DNA of 64,000 nt from Octopus vulgaris (lineage: Eukaryota), in NCBI GenBank assembly GCA_951406725.2, contig OX597824.1, forward strand, positions 59,706,001 to 59,770,000. The letters run 5' to 3'. A program made the position numbers and the translations under genes. The notes under the pieces were generated by a model that was not told the origin of the DNA, did not search any database, and saw nothing but the letters and a program-made list of their open reading frames with translations. Below are positions 28,309-41,660 of this stretch, in pieces (within the stretch, counting starts at the first letter, position 1; every line of letters begins with the position of its first letter).

Positions 28309-29122
28309 AATAATGAGGGAGATAAATTAATATTAATTTTAATATCAATTTAAAACCAGTAGTCTAGCATACAAAAAAATCTGAGAAAATTCTAATATAT
28401 GTGTATATTGGCAGGGCAAGACTGCTAGGTAGTCGGCCGTATTCTAGAAATAGATCATCAACGATCAAACTACAAAGAAAGTTCTCTAGAGGAAAAATTC
28501 AGCGAACACCAGAACCAAATTTGGCGGGCAGGACAGATGAAAATTTATATAAAAAACAGAATTAATTGCATACCTCGGTTTCGGCCTTTAACAAAATAAT
28601 TACTTACATAATTCAAATGTCCGTGGTCTCATCAGTACAATCGTTCAGTGTAAATGCAATCCGCAAAACTAACCCCAGCTTTCTGTGCCAAAACAGACAC
28701 GTGCTTAGTTTTACCGATTACACTAGGGATAAAATTTCAAATGTCTTAGTTCCGGTGCGCTAAAAAATTCCTGAAGCGAAGAACTGCAGTAAATAATTCA
28801 TTACGGTTAGTGCTTGCTACTAGAGAACGTATTTATTTCAATATTTAAATAATGAGGGAGATAAATTAATATTAATTTTAATATCAATTTAAAACCAGTA
28901 GTCTAGCATACAAAAAATCTGAGAAATCAGAGAAAATTCTAATATATGTGTATATTGGCAGGGCAAGACTGCTAGGTAGTCGGCCGTATGCTAGAAATAG
29001 ATCATCAACGATCAAACTACAAAGAAAGTTCTCTAGAGGAAAAATTCAGCGAACAACTGAACCAAATTTGGCGGGCAGGACAGATGAAAATTTATATAAA
29101 AAACAAAATTAATTGCATACCT
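28306..29122 (-). mobile_element. Non-coding hammerhead-bearing element (retrozyme or non-autonomous Penelope-like), about 1.5 tandem units of 540-547 bp
   Basis: Direct repeats at 28306-28575 and 28846-29122; hammerhead inside; flanked by (TA)n; absent from the paralogous site near 51800. Confidence 0.82.
28565..28641 (-). ncRNA. Type I hammerhead ribozyme
   Basis: attgta CTGATGA GACC [long loop] GGCC GAAA CCGAGG TA tgcaat; 6-bp stem I with one G-U pair, one mismatch in stem II. Confidence 0.8.
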
Positions 29123-29589
29123 ATATATATATATATACATACATACATACATGATCACTCGTACATAAATCATGTTAAGTTTATACATTGAGAAAGAAAT
29201 ACTTCCAGCCGAATGGACGTGATATTGACTGTATATATATATTACATATATGCATATGTATATGTGTGTATACATGTGTGTGTTCGTGCGTGTGAGTGTT
29301 TGTGTGTGTGTGTGTGTGTTTGTTTAAGTGCGTGTGTGTGTTTGTTTAAGTGCGTGTGTGTGCATATATGTTTATATATATATATATATATATGTCCACA
29401 CATGCATACATACGTACATACATACAATTTTTAAAATCTATTTTCTTATGTCAAAATAACATTTCTGTCCCCTCTAAGTTATTTTTCTGTTTTTTTTTTC
29501 TTTTTTTCTTTTTTACTTTAATTCACTATGTTCTTCGATTTCATTTTACCAATTTTGGCCATTTTGTCTTTCGTTTTATCACCATTTGG

Positions 29590-30586
29590 TCTGATATATT
29601 GCTACACTTCTCTTCAGTTTACATAAATTATATTGTTACATGGTTGTGAAAAGAGGGAAAACTATAAATCACACTAGCAACATCTCCATCAATGATTGGC
29701 TGTTTCCCCTATATCTGACGAATAATGTTATAAGTTTCTAGGGATGAATGAAAATATATCTTACAATGGCACCTGTAACGAAACAGCCGAATAAAGAAGA
29801 TTTGGACCTCAGAACTCTCTGCTTTCAATAAAACAGTGGCCCACAATTTGTTTCTAGTGCCAGTACTCATACCAATATTTAGGCTGCTTGATTGGACACT
29901 TGATGAGATCCGAGCCATTGATGTCAAAACCCGAAAAATACTGACAAACACAAATAATTTCCACATAAACAGTGACGTAGACCGCCTCTACCTAAAACGA
30001 AAACAAGGCGGCAGAGGCTTAACATCGATCCAAAATAACTTTGACTGTCGTATCATATCTCTTCGGCAACATCTTTTAACCACCAAGTGTCGAAGTGCAT
30101 CCCTTGATCAAGTTTGCATACATCAGGCTGATAACATCATAAGTGTTGGAAGGTAGCTCATTGAAAAACACTCTTTGATAACCAAGAATACATTACCAAA
30201 GAAGTCGCACGACTCTGGCACAATGTATCATCTGATAAAAGGATGAGCCTGTATGAGCAGAAGACTGTGCATTGATATGTTAGTAGAAAGCTCCGAGATG
30301 ATAGTAACATTAATCATCAAAGCAGTCTCTCGTGGACGAATAGCAGGATTACTACTTTCCCACTTTGAAGGGTATGCGTTTGCAATCCAGGAACAGGAAT
30401 ATCAACCAAGTACCCGATGCACAAAAGCGATAGAGGTGCAAGAAAAGCAGTAAAATTTGACAACCATTGCAGACTTTGTGGAGTTAACACCAAAGATACC
30501 ACCGACATCATAAGCAATTGTCCGAAAATGTCATCACGGTATTATCTAACGATGAGACATGATGCTGTAGCTGGGACACTATAATT
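29590..30586 (+). mobile_element. Old Dong/R4-like LINE fragment carried in the UGT-A duplication unit
   Basis: HINSDVDRLYLKRKQGGRGL, EGYAFAIQEQE, CRLCG...IISNCP...RHD. Paralogs at 52215-53206, 58015-58718 and partly 45780-45945. Confidence 0.82.
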
Positions 30587-31507
30587 AAATCTGTTTTATA
30601 AGGCTGGAAAGATATCAACATTTGAATCAGATGTAGGGGGAATTTTCAGCTGTTCAAAATGTACTTAGACATTTGTTTACAACCCCTGAAAATTTCAGAC
30701 CAACAGTTCAATAATGATTTAGGGATCTTGGATCTGAAAAGGAGCTGAGTTATTTCAGCTAAACATAGCTTCCATTTATTTGATCCATTAAAATGAGGTA
30801 TGGATTTTTCAATTAATTCCACTTAATTACAAGTGGTGTTACTTTAGATATCAAACCCCATACGTGGCTATCCAACTTAGTAATTATTAGCATAGCAATT
30901 TCTAAGTTCTCTTTCTTACTCACCCCATGCCCTCCAGCTGCCTTTCTCGACACACATACAACCTATCAAATCATCACCTTCTATCATCGTCTCTCTCTCT
31001 CTCTTTCTCTCTCCTTTACCTTTTATACCAAACCAAAAATACTGTTCTACTACTCTTCCCCTACCCACCGCCATGCATAATTGGTCAACCTCGCCCCTTA
31101 TCCACCATTTACTACGTCATCCACCACCCTACCCAATTTCTTCCACCCCTATATAAACACTCAACATTTCTTCTTTCATTATATTCACTCCCTTCCTTCC
31201 CATTACTCATTCTCACATACACTTTTGCTAGCTCTACCGTTCTGCTGCTTCCATTCACTTCTACTCACCTTTTACTTTGACAATAGACACAGGCACCCGA
31301 TCACCACTATTTTATCTCTTCTCCACTCCACCCGATCCCCCACCCTTATCAATAATATTAATGCGCTTAGTTTTTTTTGTTTCTGTCCGTAACTTTGGTG
31401 TGTGTCACACTTCAACGGATGAAATGGGTGTCAAAGCAAGAAAAGGAGGACAGAGGAAGTAAGAAAGGAAAATGAAAAAGAGAGAGTGAGAGAGAGAAAG
31501 ATAGAGT

Positions 31508-33120
31508 ATTTCTTTATTCACCATAAGGTTGAGAAAAAGTGGGGACAATACTAGGACAGACTAAACAAACGTTGGGGTCATGGTATCGAATGAGACGAAA
31601 CGTATGAATAAATAAACAATTAAAATATATACAATTAAATGAGAATGAGTGATTAACAAAAAATGAAGTGGAGGACGCGGTTGACCCCACAAACCACATA
31701 CTCACACTGAAGACTTTGCTTTCCCCTTTTTTACATTCTCGATTTAACAGGTTCTTTCACTCGCAACATACTTACTTGCTATATACTTCCATCTTTTACG
31801 AAACACACTTTGCGACAGGCATTTCTTCTCCAGCCTTATTTTCCGTTTCATGTGGAAAACGAAAAAGTCGATTAGCTCGAGACTGGAGATAAACATGCCT
31901 GTTGCAATTCCTTTCACTCTCGTCTTCCATACTACTTCTTTCGCCACAGCAACTACCGAGAGAAAATAGGCTCGCTCCTCCCTATTCAGGGAGGTCGGCG
32001 GAACGATTTTAATTACAGATTTGCTCGACAGTTGTACTCTTCTCGAATGCGACAGCAGGTGTTCGACATAAGCCCAGAGTTCAGTCACCTTGGGGCATTG
32101 CACAATTGCGTGCAGGACAGTTTCACTGTCCCTCTCACATCTTGCACAAACCGGTGAAGGTGCACACCCATGTCTAAAGAACTTATCTCGAACCGGTAAA
32201 GCTCCTCTGTAACATTACCAGGCCAGGGACTTTTGGTATTTATCCATAGGCCCCGAACCGAATGTTCTTTGGAACAGGCTAGCCAGTTGATCTTCATCGA
32301 AGCCCAGGGTTTCTCCCTGGACGTCGTCACACTTAAACTCTACTAACCCTCTATAGAAGAACGAGGTAGTACCCACGCCACCGGCGTTGCCCGACTGGGA
32401 TAGAAAAACGAGTGCCTGATGGCACTTGATCCATGGGTTCAGTTTGGTAAATGATGTGAACTGGAAATAACAGCTTGACGAACGGAGACCACACCTGCTC
32501 ACCGTCCAGGTAAAGCCAGAGGTGCCTAAGCCTGAGCGCATGTCTGCGCATTTTTAGCCACGGCATCCCTAACTCACCCTTCAGCGGCTTTTGGCAGCAA
32601 ATAGAGCGCCTTACAAGAGGTCTGCTGCCCCTCCACAAAAAGCTAAAGAGCATGCGTTCCAGCTTGTTCAGCCACGAATCGAGGCAAAGCACGATGGTCA
32701 GGCGGTAAGTGATTACAGAGGCGATAAACACTTCTGCAAACTCCGCACTCCCTTTCAAGGACAGCTTCTGCTCAGACCAGGTCTGAGTTAGGAGAGCCAC
32801 CTTTCTCACCACCTCACTCTTCTCTATCTGGAGATCTGGACCTAACCAGATTCCAAGCATTTTCACCGGCCCTTCCGTCCAAAGTCCTACGACGCAGTCG
32901 GAAAACATCGACTTGCCCCTCCAGGTGCCGAGTTGCAAGCCGACCGATTTATCCCGGTTGACTTTCGCTTTTGCCACCGCTTCGTAGTCCCTTAAGGCCT
33001 CACCCACCCACTGTAGGTGCTCGACTCGGGATACGATGACGGTGATGTCGTCCACATACGCCGAAGCTGACTTTCCGCACCCTAGATCTTGCGGAGTGCC
33101 CATCATAGTTTCCAACCTCC
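31508..33120 (-). mobile_element. 5'-truncated Tx1/L1-clade LINE with TSD tagagt
   Basis: SAYVDD, LSLKG.A, FSFLWRG and a C-terminal Cys motif. tagagt at 31502-31507 and 33121-33126. Absent from the paralogous GA-rich tract near 59690. Confidence 0.9.
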
Positions 33121-33169
33121 TAGAGTGAAAGAGACAGTGAATGCTGACAGCGTTCGTTTTATTTTTAAA

Positions 33170-33376
33170 TGTTTCAGAGAGGAAGGGAGAAAGAGAGAGA
33201 GAGAGAGGAAGAAAGGGAGTGAAAGAGACAGTTTGTGGTGACTGAGTTCATTTTAAGTTTTCAAATGTTTCAGAGAAGTAAGAGAGAAAGAGAGAGAGAG
33301 TGGGAGAGAAGGAGGGAGAGTGAGAGAGAAGGAGGGAGAGTGAGAGAGGAAAGTGAGTGAGAAAGAGAGAGAGAGT

Positions 33377-33440
<64 letters not shown>

Positions 33441-33465
33441 GTAGAGAGAAAGAGAGAGAGTGAGA
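33170..33465. repeat. GA-rich low-complexity sequence with (GAAA)n
   Basis: Direct reading; paralog at 59630-60075. Confidence 0.9.
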
Positions 33466-33631
33466 GGTGACGACTTTCGTTTCGTTTTGTGTTCTTAAAT
33501 GTTTATCACATGTGAAAGTGAAAGAAAATGAAAGTGAGAGAGACAGTAGATACGTAAATAAAAAGAAAAGTTGATACATAGACACAGTAAATATTGGATG
33601 TCACTTTCACTTTTCATTACCACACGAGGAT

Positions 33632-33770
33632 AAAATTAATTCGCAAGTGGCTGAGTACTCCACAGACATGCATATCATTAACATAGTTGTCAAGGATATT
33701 CAGCCTCACACAGAATGTGACAATACTGGCCCTTTTCAATTACAGCTACAACTAATTTTGGCTAGCTAGT
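33632..33770 (-). mobile_element. SINE fragment (same family at 34085-34370 and 60336-60480)
   Basis: Repeated motif gctgagtactccacagacatgcata...ttcagcctc.cacagaatgtg. Confidence 0.65.
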
Positions 33771-34084
33771 AAGATACACCTTCAAGTGGTTGAAAGAAAA
33801 CGAAACAAGATCCTATATAGAGGCAGGAACATTATTTTAGTCGTTAGGACCACTATGGATGTTAATCCGGTCCTAACAGCGGTATTTGTGGGTCTCACTG
33901 ATCTGGAGGCCAATATCCCCCAGTTAAACACCGAGCGCAGACTATTGGTATCAAACCAAATGTGAGCCGAGGGCGAATACACGACGGAATAGCAATTATT
34001 TCGTCTTAGCTTTCATTGTTTATACTAAACACATGACGTTTTTGCCTTACGATATGTAACATTTCTTTTTTCACACTTTTTCAA

Positions 34085-34370
34085 AACTGGCACTACGTTG
34101 GTTACGACGACGAGGTTCCTGTTTATCTGATCAACGGAACAGTCTGCTCATAAAATTAACTCTAAATGACTGAGTACTCCACAGACATGCATACCATTAA
34201 CATAGTTCTCAAGGAGATTCAGCCTCGCACAGAATGTGCCATGGCTGACCCCTTTGAATTACAGTAACAACTCATTTTTGCCAGTTGAGTGGACTGCAGC
34301 AAGGTGAAGTAGGGTGCCTTGCTCAAAAGCAGAGCATATCGAATACCCCTAACCACTGAACCACTCACCT
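34085..34370 (-). mobile_element. SINE, more complete copy
   Basis: Same motif plus tgccttgctcaa...ccctaaccactgaacca, a reverse tRNA-like head. Confidence 0.65.
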
Positions 34371-34524
34371 CTGCTCTTAACGTGAAGCAATAGATAAAGT
34401 CTCAGTCATTTACAATGAGAATTAGACTGAAATACGTTCGATCTTTTCTAACTTTTTTACTTTTAACAATGAAGAAGAGAGAAAGACACATAGTAATGAA
34501 TAGAAGGAAAATATTTCAGGTATT

Positions 34525-34940
34525 TAGGTTTTTATTCTGGGAGTTCTAGAACGATCGACTGTTAGTTCTCCCTTTCCTCCACTCCCGGTACTTATTCGCA
34601 TTCTTTCATAGTTCTTCATGTCTTTTACTGGCGGGAAAAAACCATGTTCTTTTTTCTCAGGCACGTTTAATGTTTTCTCTACAAACTACAAACAAGCCCC
34701 ACCACTCATTTCCTTTTTTTTTTTTTTCATACAAAAACTAATGCAAATTTCGAACAAGGTATAGCTGTGAAAAGGTCCCAGAAAATTGGGTAACACCCCC
34801 TACAAAATAGGTGGTGGAGAAAAGTTGCCAATAGGTGGCTACACGAAATTCAACTCTGTACATTATAGAATGTCTTCTACTAGAGCCTCTGCACCACCAA
34901 AGCCTCATGAATGAATTTGGTAGAGGAAAACTGATATGTT
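34525..34940. repeat. Segment duplicated at 45950-46360
   Basis: Near-identical ttttattctgggagttct...ctactagagcctc. Confidence 0.85.
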
Positions 34941-34976
34941 TGCGTATGTGTGTGTGTGTGTATTTGTGAGTGTGTG

Positions 34977-35057
<81 letters not shown>

Positions 35058-35073
35058 CCTTCTGTGTGTCTGT

Positions 35074-35213
35074 CCCAGCATTGGCATACCATGGAACAAA
35101 GCTTCAAACTGGCCACTATTTCCACAATGAGTAAGAAATAGTTTAGTTTTAGGAAGGCCAAAAAAATCATTTTGTGTTACTCAGTCACTTATGTATATGT
35201 ATATATATATATA

Positions 35214-35275
<62 letters not shown>

Positions 35276-36189
35276 CAATGAGAAAATGATGTTTTTGTCT
35301 GTCTCCACACAACATCATATTTTATTTGTATCAATTTACTTTGTATATTACTGCCAAATGACACTACAACTATTCCATTCATAGACGCATTTAAGAATTT
35401 TACTAATTCATACTTCAATAGCAACAAACGTTTTGTATCCAGACCACCAACGTACCTTACGTTTGGAAGTTGTAGTAACAGATAAACTAGCAGTCTATAT
35501 TTTTCTATAAGAAAATATTGTGCCTGATGTAGTAAATCTGTGAATGAAATAGGTTTGTGTTTCGCATATGTTTTAACGCTGTGTGCAGGTTCAACGATAG
35601 GAGGAATGGAGTAGTCCATGATAGCAACCAAAGCTCTTATTATCTTTTTCGAATATACCATCTTGCTCGAGGATCCGACGAAACTGTTGGAGAAAACACT
35701 CAGAATCCTTGGAATGCGATGAAGACAGGAAATATCTCAGATTCTGTGAGAACATATGGAACTGACAATGGATATGCTGTTATTGTAAGACAATTTGCCG
35801 CAAATAGTCCATTAATAACAACAACCAAACTGGCATTAACCGCTCGCAGTGATTCGATCCATTTCTCATTCTTCAGAATTCTATTACATATCAGAGGGTT
35901 CTTCGTTTTGATACTATTTTCTGTTGTGCGTCAGAAAAGGTTTTACTCAATTCTGTGATCTCGTCCATTGGAAGGATATTTATGTTTTGTTCCTTTTGGA
36001 AAGTTTTAGTGAGTTTTTGTTATTTAGTATAAAATAGTTATTGTGTCCATACTTTGATAATTCGTTTGCTATAGAAATTATTGGATGTACGTGACTATTG
36101 AAAGGTCATGCTAGGTATAAAATATTTTTACCATTACTTATAGTTAAAAAAAATAACAGCGCCAATATACTGACGAACAAATTCTTCAT
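35074..36189 (-). pseudogene. UGT type B pseudogene (B2), 3'-truncated
   Basis: ATG at 36189; Trp-to-TGA near 36106; frameshifts; (TA)n expansion inside the NIYIS codons; homology ends at GMPMLG next to a (TG)n tract. Confidence 0.93.
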
Positions 36190-37060
36190 CCTTTTTTGCT
36201 GAATTTGTGCCTCACAAAGTAAAGAGAAAAAGGTAAACTGTAATTATTACTTAAAGGATAATATTGTGGTTATGTATTGGAATTTCATTTTAAATCTATC
36301 TTTTTATCTTTTACTTGTTTCAGTTAGGAGACTGCAGCCATGCTGTGGCACTACCTTGACGAGCATTCAATCGAACGAATGGATCAAAGGACTTACTATA
36401 TTTAAAGTAAGGTACTTATTCCATAGGTCACTTTTCCCGACCCGCTAATAAATTGATGCATGTCTGTGGATTAACTTTCAGCACACCGACGAAAACTACA
36501 AAGAGTTTTGTTCAAAAAGTGTCAAGCCTATCAAGATTTAAACTGCAACAAAACATTTAACCATTTAATTACTAATTGATATAAGCAGACTCTTCTCTTT
36601 ACGAAAATGACATAACAACTTGAAGAAAATCTTGACAATTTCATCGAGGAAAACAGAGTGGGAGGAGACTGTAATATTGTACAATAAAATATGACAGCTG
36701 GCAAGAGATTAAAATGTATATATATATATATTATAAAATGAATAAGCAATTTTGTAGAAATTTTGATAAACATCTTGTTTTGATTATAAGAAAAATAATG
36801 GCACTGTACTTTAACACGTATTGTTTTCAGTGAAGACGTTTATGTTTAATACGGAGCTTCTACAAAATGTTTGAAACAAAAAGAAAAATCAACACACTAT
36901 ATGAGGTAAATCTTTAAAACCTACACCACATAAATATGATATCTACAGAAAATGTCCAAATTTCAATTATTTTTTTAAAATTAAATGTTTCTAACCCTCA
37001 CTTGAATAAATCAAAAACCTGCCATGATTTACATTCTTTCAACTTATCAAAGAAATTATT

Positions 37061-37120
37061 TTAGTCACTCTTCGTTTTTTTCTTGCAACAAAACGATAAA
37101 CATTTTTTCACACTTCGATA
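37061..37120 (-). pseudogene. Detached 3' end of UGT-A2 (YRSVKKCLSFCCKKKTKSD*)
   Basis: Matches 26012-26071 and is followed by the A-type 3' flank. Confidence 0.9.
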
Positions 37121-37468
37121 TCTTCTCTATATATAAAACTGAGAACGTGTGTCTGTGTGCCTGTCTGTCTGTCTGTCTGTGTGTTTCCCTAAAACTTGAG
37201 AACTATACAACCAATTTCATTCAAATTTTACACATGCCTTACCTAGAGTCCATGTAGTGTCATGGGCAAAAAATGTTTAACTTCTTGCCTAGGGCGAGCC
37301 CACAGCAATATCATATCTTCTCCACTATTTCAGTATTACATGTTAAAAGGAAAACAAAAACATCTCTCTATTGTATTTATATGGATGCATATATATATAT
37401 ATATATACATGTATATATATGGATGTATATATATATATATAAATATATATATACATACATATATATAG

Positions 37469-37501
<33 letters not shown>

Positions 37502-37600
37502 CATGTATATATATAGATGTACATGTAATATGTACACATATATATACACATATATACATGCATACATATATATACACCCATACACACACACACATACATA

Positions 37601-37760
37601 GGCGCAGCTGTGGGTGTGTGGTAACAAAATTGATTCCAAAACACATGGTCCTCAGTTCAGTCCCACTGTGTGGTAACTTGGCATGCGTCTTCTGCTATAG
37701 CCTCAGACCAACCAAAGCCTTGTCAGTAGATTTTGTAGACAGAAACTGAAAGAAATCAAT
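37601..37760 (+). mobile_element. tRNA-derived SINE head, nested in the Helitron (tail at about 41721-41840)
   Basis: ggcgcagctgtgg.tgtgtggtaa...agttcagtccca (A/B-box-like); body related to 46265-46570. Confidence 0.7.
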
Positions 37761-37974
37761 TGTATGTGTATGTATGTATATATGTAAGTCTATGTGTGTG
37801 TCTTTATGTGTATATGTGTATGTATATGTATATGTATGTATATGTGTATGTGTGTATATACGTATTTGTACATGTATATGTATATGTGTATATGTGTATA
37901 TATGTATATGTACATGTATATGTTTGGATAGTTTATTATATATTTATGTATACGTATGTATGGTTATACTATAT

Positions 37975-39724
37975 TTTGATTAGTATAGTTAGATTTGTTA
38001 TGAATACTAATCTTAGATTATGAATAAGGGTATGGGAAATAATTTATAATATGTAGGGAGATTACTATATAAATTTATAGTGAGATTTTATTCTTTATTT
38101 GTGAATATTCTATTTACAATGATAAACATATAATTTTCCATTCATAATCTTTAAATAACGTTGGTTCATCACGCGCAAAGAATTTATCAAAAATTTATTC
38201 TATTTTTTGCTTATAACATAATTCTATGAGTTTTCTCTTAAACGCTGTTTAAGATGTTAGTGATTCAAATTTAGTTCATAGTTTAAAATTCGCCAAGAAG
38301 GTACGTATCTTTTAAGATCTCCAAATGTTAATTTTTAATATTGTATAAGCCTTAGGAGTAATAATATTCTTCTTATGTTAATATTGCTGTTTATGTAATG
38401 ATCTATTTATTGTAATTTTCTATGTTATTAGTTATTAAATAATTTAGATAAACTTTGATAAATTAGATAGGTTTCGACTGAAGATGGTTTAGGCCATGTC
38501 TAATATAATAGCATAATTTATATTAGATAATATTCCCATTCATAATTTTGTTTATTGTACTTATAGTATTTTTTAATACTATATTACTAAGTATGGAATA
38601 TTCCTTTAAGTATGTGGCTGAGTAAATGTGGCTAATGGATGTTGTTTCTCCTCTGTGTTAGTGTCTTGTAGTGTGCATACGTTAATGAATGAGTGATTGT
38701 ATGTGTGTGTGTGCGAGTATGCATAATTAATGTGTAGAAATATAGGACTGCTTTATAAAATATCCGTGTCTATATGTATTTGTGTATGTATTGATATATA
38801 TATGTGTGTGTGTGTGTTGTTTACGTATTTATATATGTTTATTTAATACTATTTTACTAAGAATAATTATTTCTATAAGTATGTGGTTGAGTATCTGCGG
38901 CTATTGGATGTTATTTCTCCTCTGTGTTAGTGTCTTGCTGAACGTATATGTTTATGAATGAGTGATTATATGTGTGTGTGTGCGAGTATGCATAATATAT
39001 CCGTGTCTATATGTATATGTGTATGTATAGATATATATATGTGTGTGGGGGGGTTTTTGTACGTATTTAGATATGTTTATATACATACATGTATATATGA
39101 GCATGAGCATATATATATATATTTTTTGTATTTTGAAATAGCTATTTCATCTTTAAATATGAGAAATTAAATATATTAGGTTTTCATTATATACAATCGT
39201 TTATAGAGATTATTTTAGATCTTGATTATAATATTTATATATATTTTCATTGATAATTTATATATATTAGTCATTTCAAATATCTATATAAGTAGATATA
39301 GACTAAAATGGATATTAGAATATGGATTTTCTACCTTATAAATTAAAGTTAATATCTAACATTATAGTCGATTTCGATATAATCATATTTAATAATAGAG
39401 CTTATTATAAGTAAATTTTCTTTGATTATATAGATTATTTATATCTTAAAAATATTGATTATATTTTAGGTTTTGAAACCACCTGAAGAATGTCTCAAAG
39501 ATGTGCTGAAATAAGACATGAAACGATCGTAGTGGTTATTTATAATTGTTAAATTTCTAAATTTATATAAATAATTTATGTATTGGCTTAAGTCTTTCTT
39601 TGTTTGATTTGCATAATAGTGGTTTGTCTCTAATTAAATATAATATAATATTTTACTATAAAATTGGATTCAATCCTAAATCTGATTTTTCCCTGTAAAT
39701 TTGGATTTATTCCCTAATATTTAT

Positions 39725-39728
<4 letters not shown>
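37975..39728 (+). mobile_element. AT-rich non-coding hammerhead-bearing element in a (TA)n tract
   Basis: Bounded by TA-rich microsatellites; internal duplication about 38570-38845 / 38845-39080; canonical hammerhead near the 3' end. Boundaries approximate. Confidence 0.55.
39477..39537 (+). ncRNA. Canonical type I hammerhead ribozyme
   Basis: aaccac CTGAAGA ATGTCT [loop] AGACAT GAAA CGATCG TA gtggtt; perfect 6-bp stems I and II, palindromic helix III ACGATCGT. Confidence 0.92.
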
Positions 39729-39776
<48 letters not shown>

Positions 39777-39842
39777 ATTTCGTAGACTGGAACTGAAACA
39801 AATTAATCGTGTATATACGTATGTATATATGAAAGTGTATGT

Positions 39843-41660
39843 GTTTTGGTATTGACAACATGAATGGCAATGGTCAGAGACTACTTGAATTTTGCACATA
39901 CCATAACCTGTGCATCACTAACACATTCTTCACCAACAAGACATCCCACAAGGCATCTTGGAGACATCCAAGATCTCACTACTGGCATCAGCTGGATCTC
40001 ATCTTTACACGAAGTTCCTTTCTGAATTCTGTTCAACTGACCTGTAGTTACCACAGCGTGGATTGTGACACAGATCATTCACTAATAAGAAGCAGGGTGA
40101 AGATTATGCCTAAAAATGTCCATCACTCCAAGAAAATGGGCCGACCACACATTAACTCTGCCAGAACCTCAGACCCTACACTGCGACAATATTTTGCTGT
40201 TTCTATCAAAGTTGCCCTCAGAAGCTGCCCAACCTCCTCTGCTGAAAGTAGGTAGAATTATATCAGGGAAGCTTTGTTTACCACATCAATAGATACTTTC
40301 GGCATGAGAGAAAGGCAAAACCCAGATTGGTTCAATGCTGGGCTTTCAGAGTTGGAAACAGTTATCGAAGCAAAGCGTGCAGCTCTGATGCAATACAAGA
40401 GGGATTCTTCTACAATGTCACTCGAAGAACTCAGAAAGGAATGAAATAAAACCCAACTGACTGCCAGACGCTCTGCAAATAAGTATTGGCAGGAAATCTG
40501 TCAGAGTATCCAGTCAGCTGCTGACAGTGACGACACCCGTGGGATGTATGCCGGTTTGAAGAAGGCCCTCGGCCCATCCGCAACCAAGTCAGCCCCTCTG
40601 AAATCAACTACTGAAGATCTCATCAAGGACCAAAGCAAGCTAATGGATAGATGGTTGGAGTACTACCAGGATCTCTACTCACGGGAGACCACGGTAGCTG
40701 AGGCTGCAATCGAGGGTGTCAAGATCTTGCCAGTTATGTGCAAACTTGACAGTCTGCCATCTATAGCAGAGCTCACCAAGTAACAAGGCTCCAGGAAAAG
40801 ACGGCATCCCCTTAGAGATCATCAAAACTGGCAAAAATATCATCCTGCTTCGGCACCTTCATGAGCTTCTGTGTCAGTGCTGGGAAGAGGGAACAGTCCC
40901 TCAGGATATGCGGGACGCTAACATCATTACGCTTTACAAAAACAAAGGTGACTGTGGTGATTGTAACAATTACCGTGGAATATCTCTTCTAAGCACTGTT
41001 GGAAAGGCCTTTGCTCGCATTATCCTGTTGTCCAGGCTACAACTGCTTGCTTCTCGAGTTTATCCAGAATCGCAGTGTGGCTTTAGAAGAAGCAGATCCT
41101 TTGCATCAAATTGCAGAATCATGTCCCCCAAAAAGATATCCTCAAAGAAGCAGGAATACCAAGCATGTTTGCACTCCTCACACAAAGACGTATGAGATGG
41201 CTTGGACATGTTAGCTGTATGGAAGATGGCAGAATCCCCAAGGACATACTCAACGGAGAGCTTGCTAGGGACACTAGGTCTGCGGGAAGACTATTCTTAC
41301 GATACAAGGATGTTTACAAAAGGGACATGAATGCCTGCAACATCAATATTACCAACTGGGAAGCAGTTGCCAGCAACCGTAGAGATTGGCGACGTACTGT
41401 AAATGAGGGAACACAAAGGAGTGACATAGAGAGAGAGGAGAAATGGAACGACAAGAAAAGATGTCAACAAGAAACTATGACATTACAACCAGCAAGGCAA
41501 AGTCTTCGCTACATTTGCAGCACCTGCCAGAGGGAGTGTTTGTCGGGGATAGGACTACACAGCTACAGCAGATGTATTAGGACATGAAATGTAAAAGCCT
41601 GACTAGATTATTTTATACACAACTCCATTGTCTCCCAAGGCAAAAAGGATGCGAACAACA
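39843..41660 (+). mobile_element. RTE-clade LINE, 5'-truncated with most of the RT deleted
   Basis: APE C-terminus (NGNGQRLLEFC, SWRHPRS..WHQLD, CDTDHSL), NYRGISLLS, PESQCGFR joined directly to ...RMRWLGHV..MEDGRIPK; terminal C2H2-like motif. Confidence 0.92.

Noticed and set aside
36100-36112. Shared TGA at a Trp codon in B1-B3 as a stop rescued by A-to-I editing or read as selenocysteine
   Set aside because: The same copies also share a frameshift and carry large private deletions, so readthrough could not restore a protein.
38470-38500. ctgaagatggtttaggccat as a hammerhead core
   Set aside because: No GAAA follows the hairpin and there is no helix I or III.
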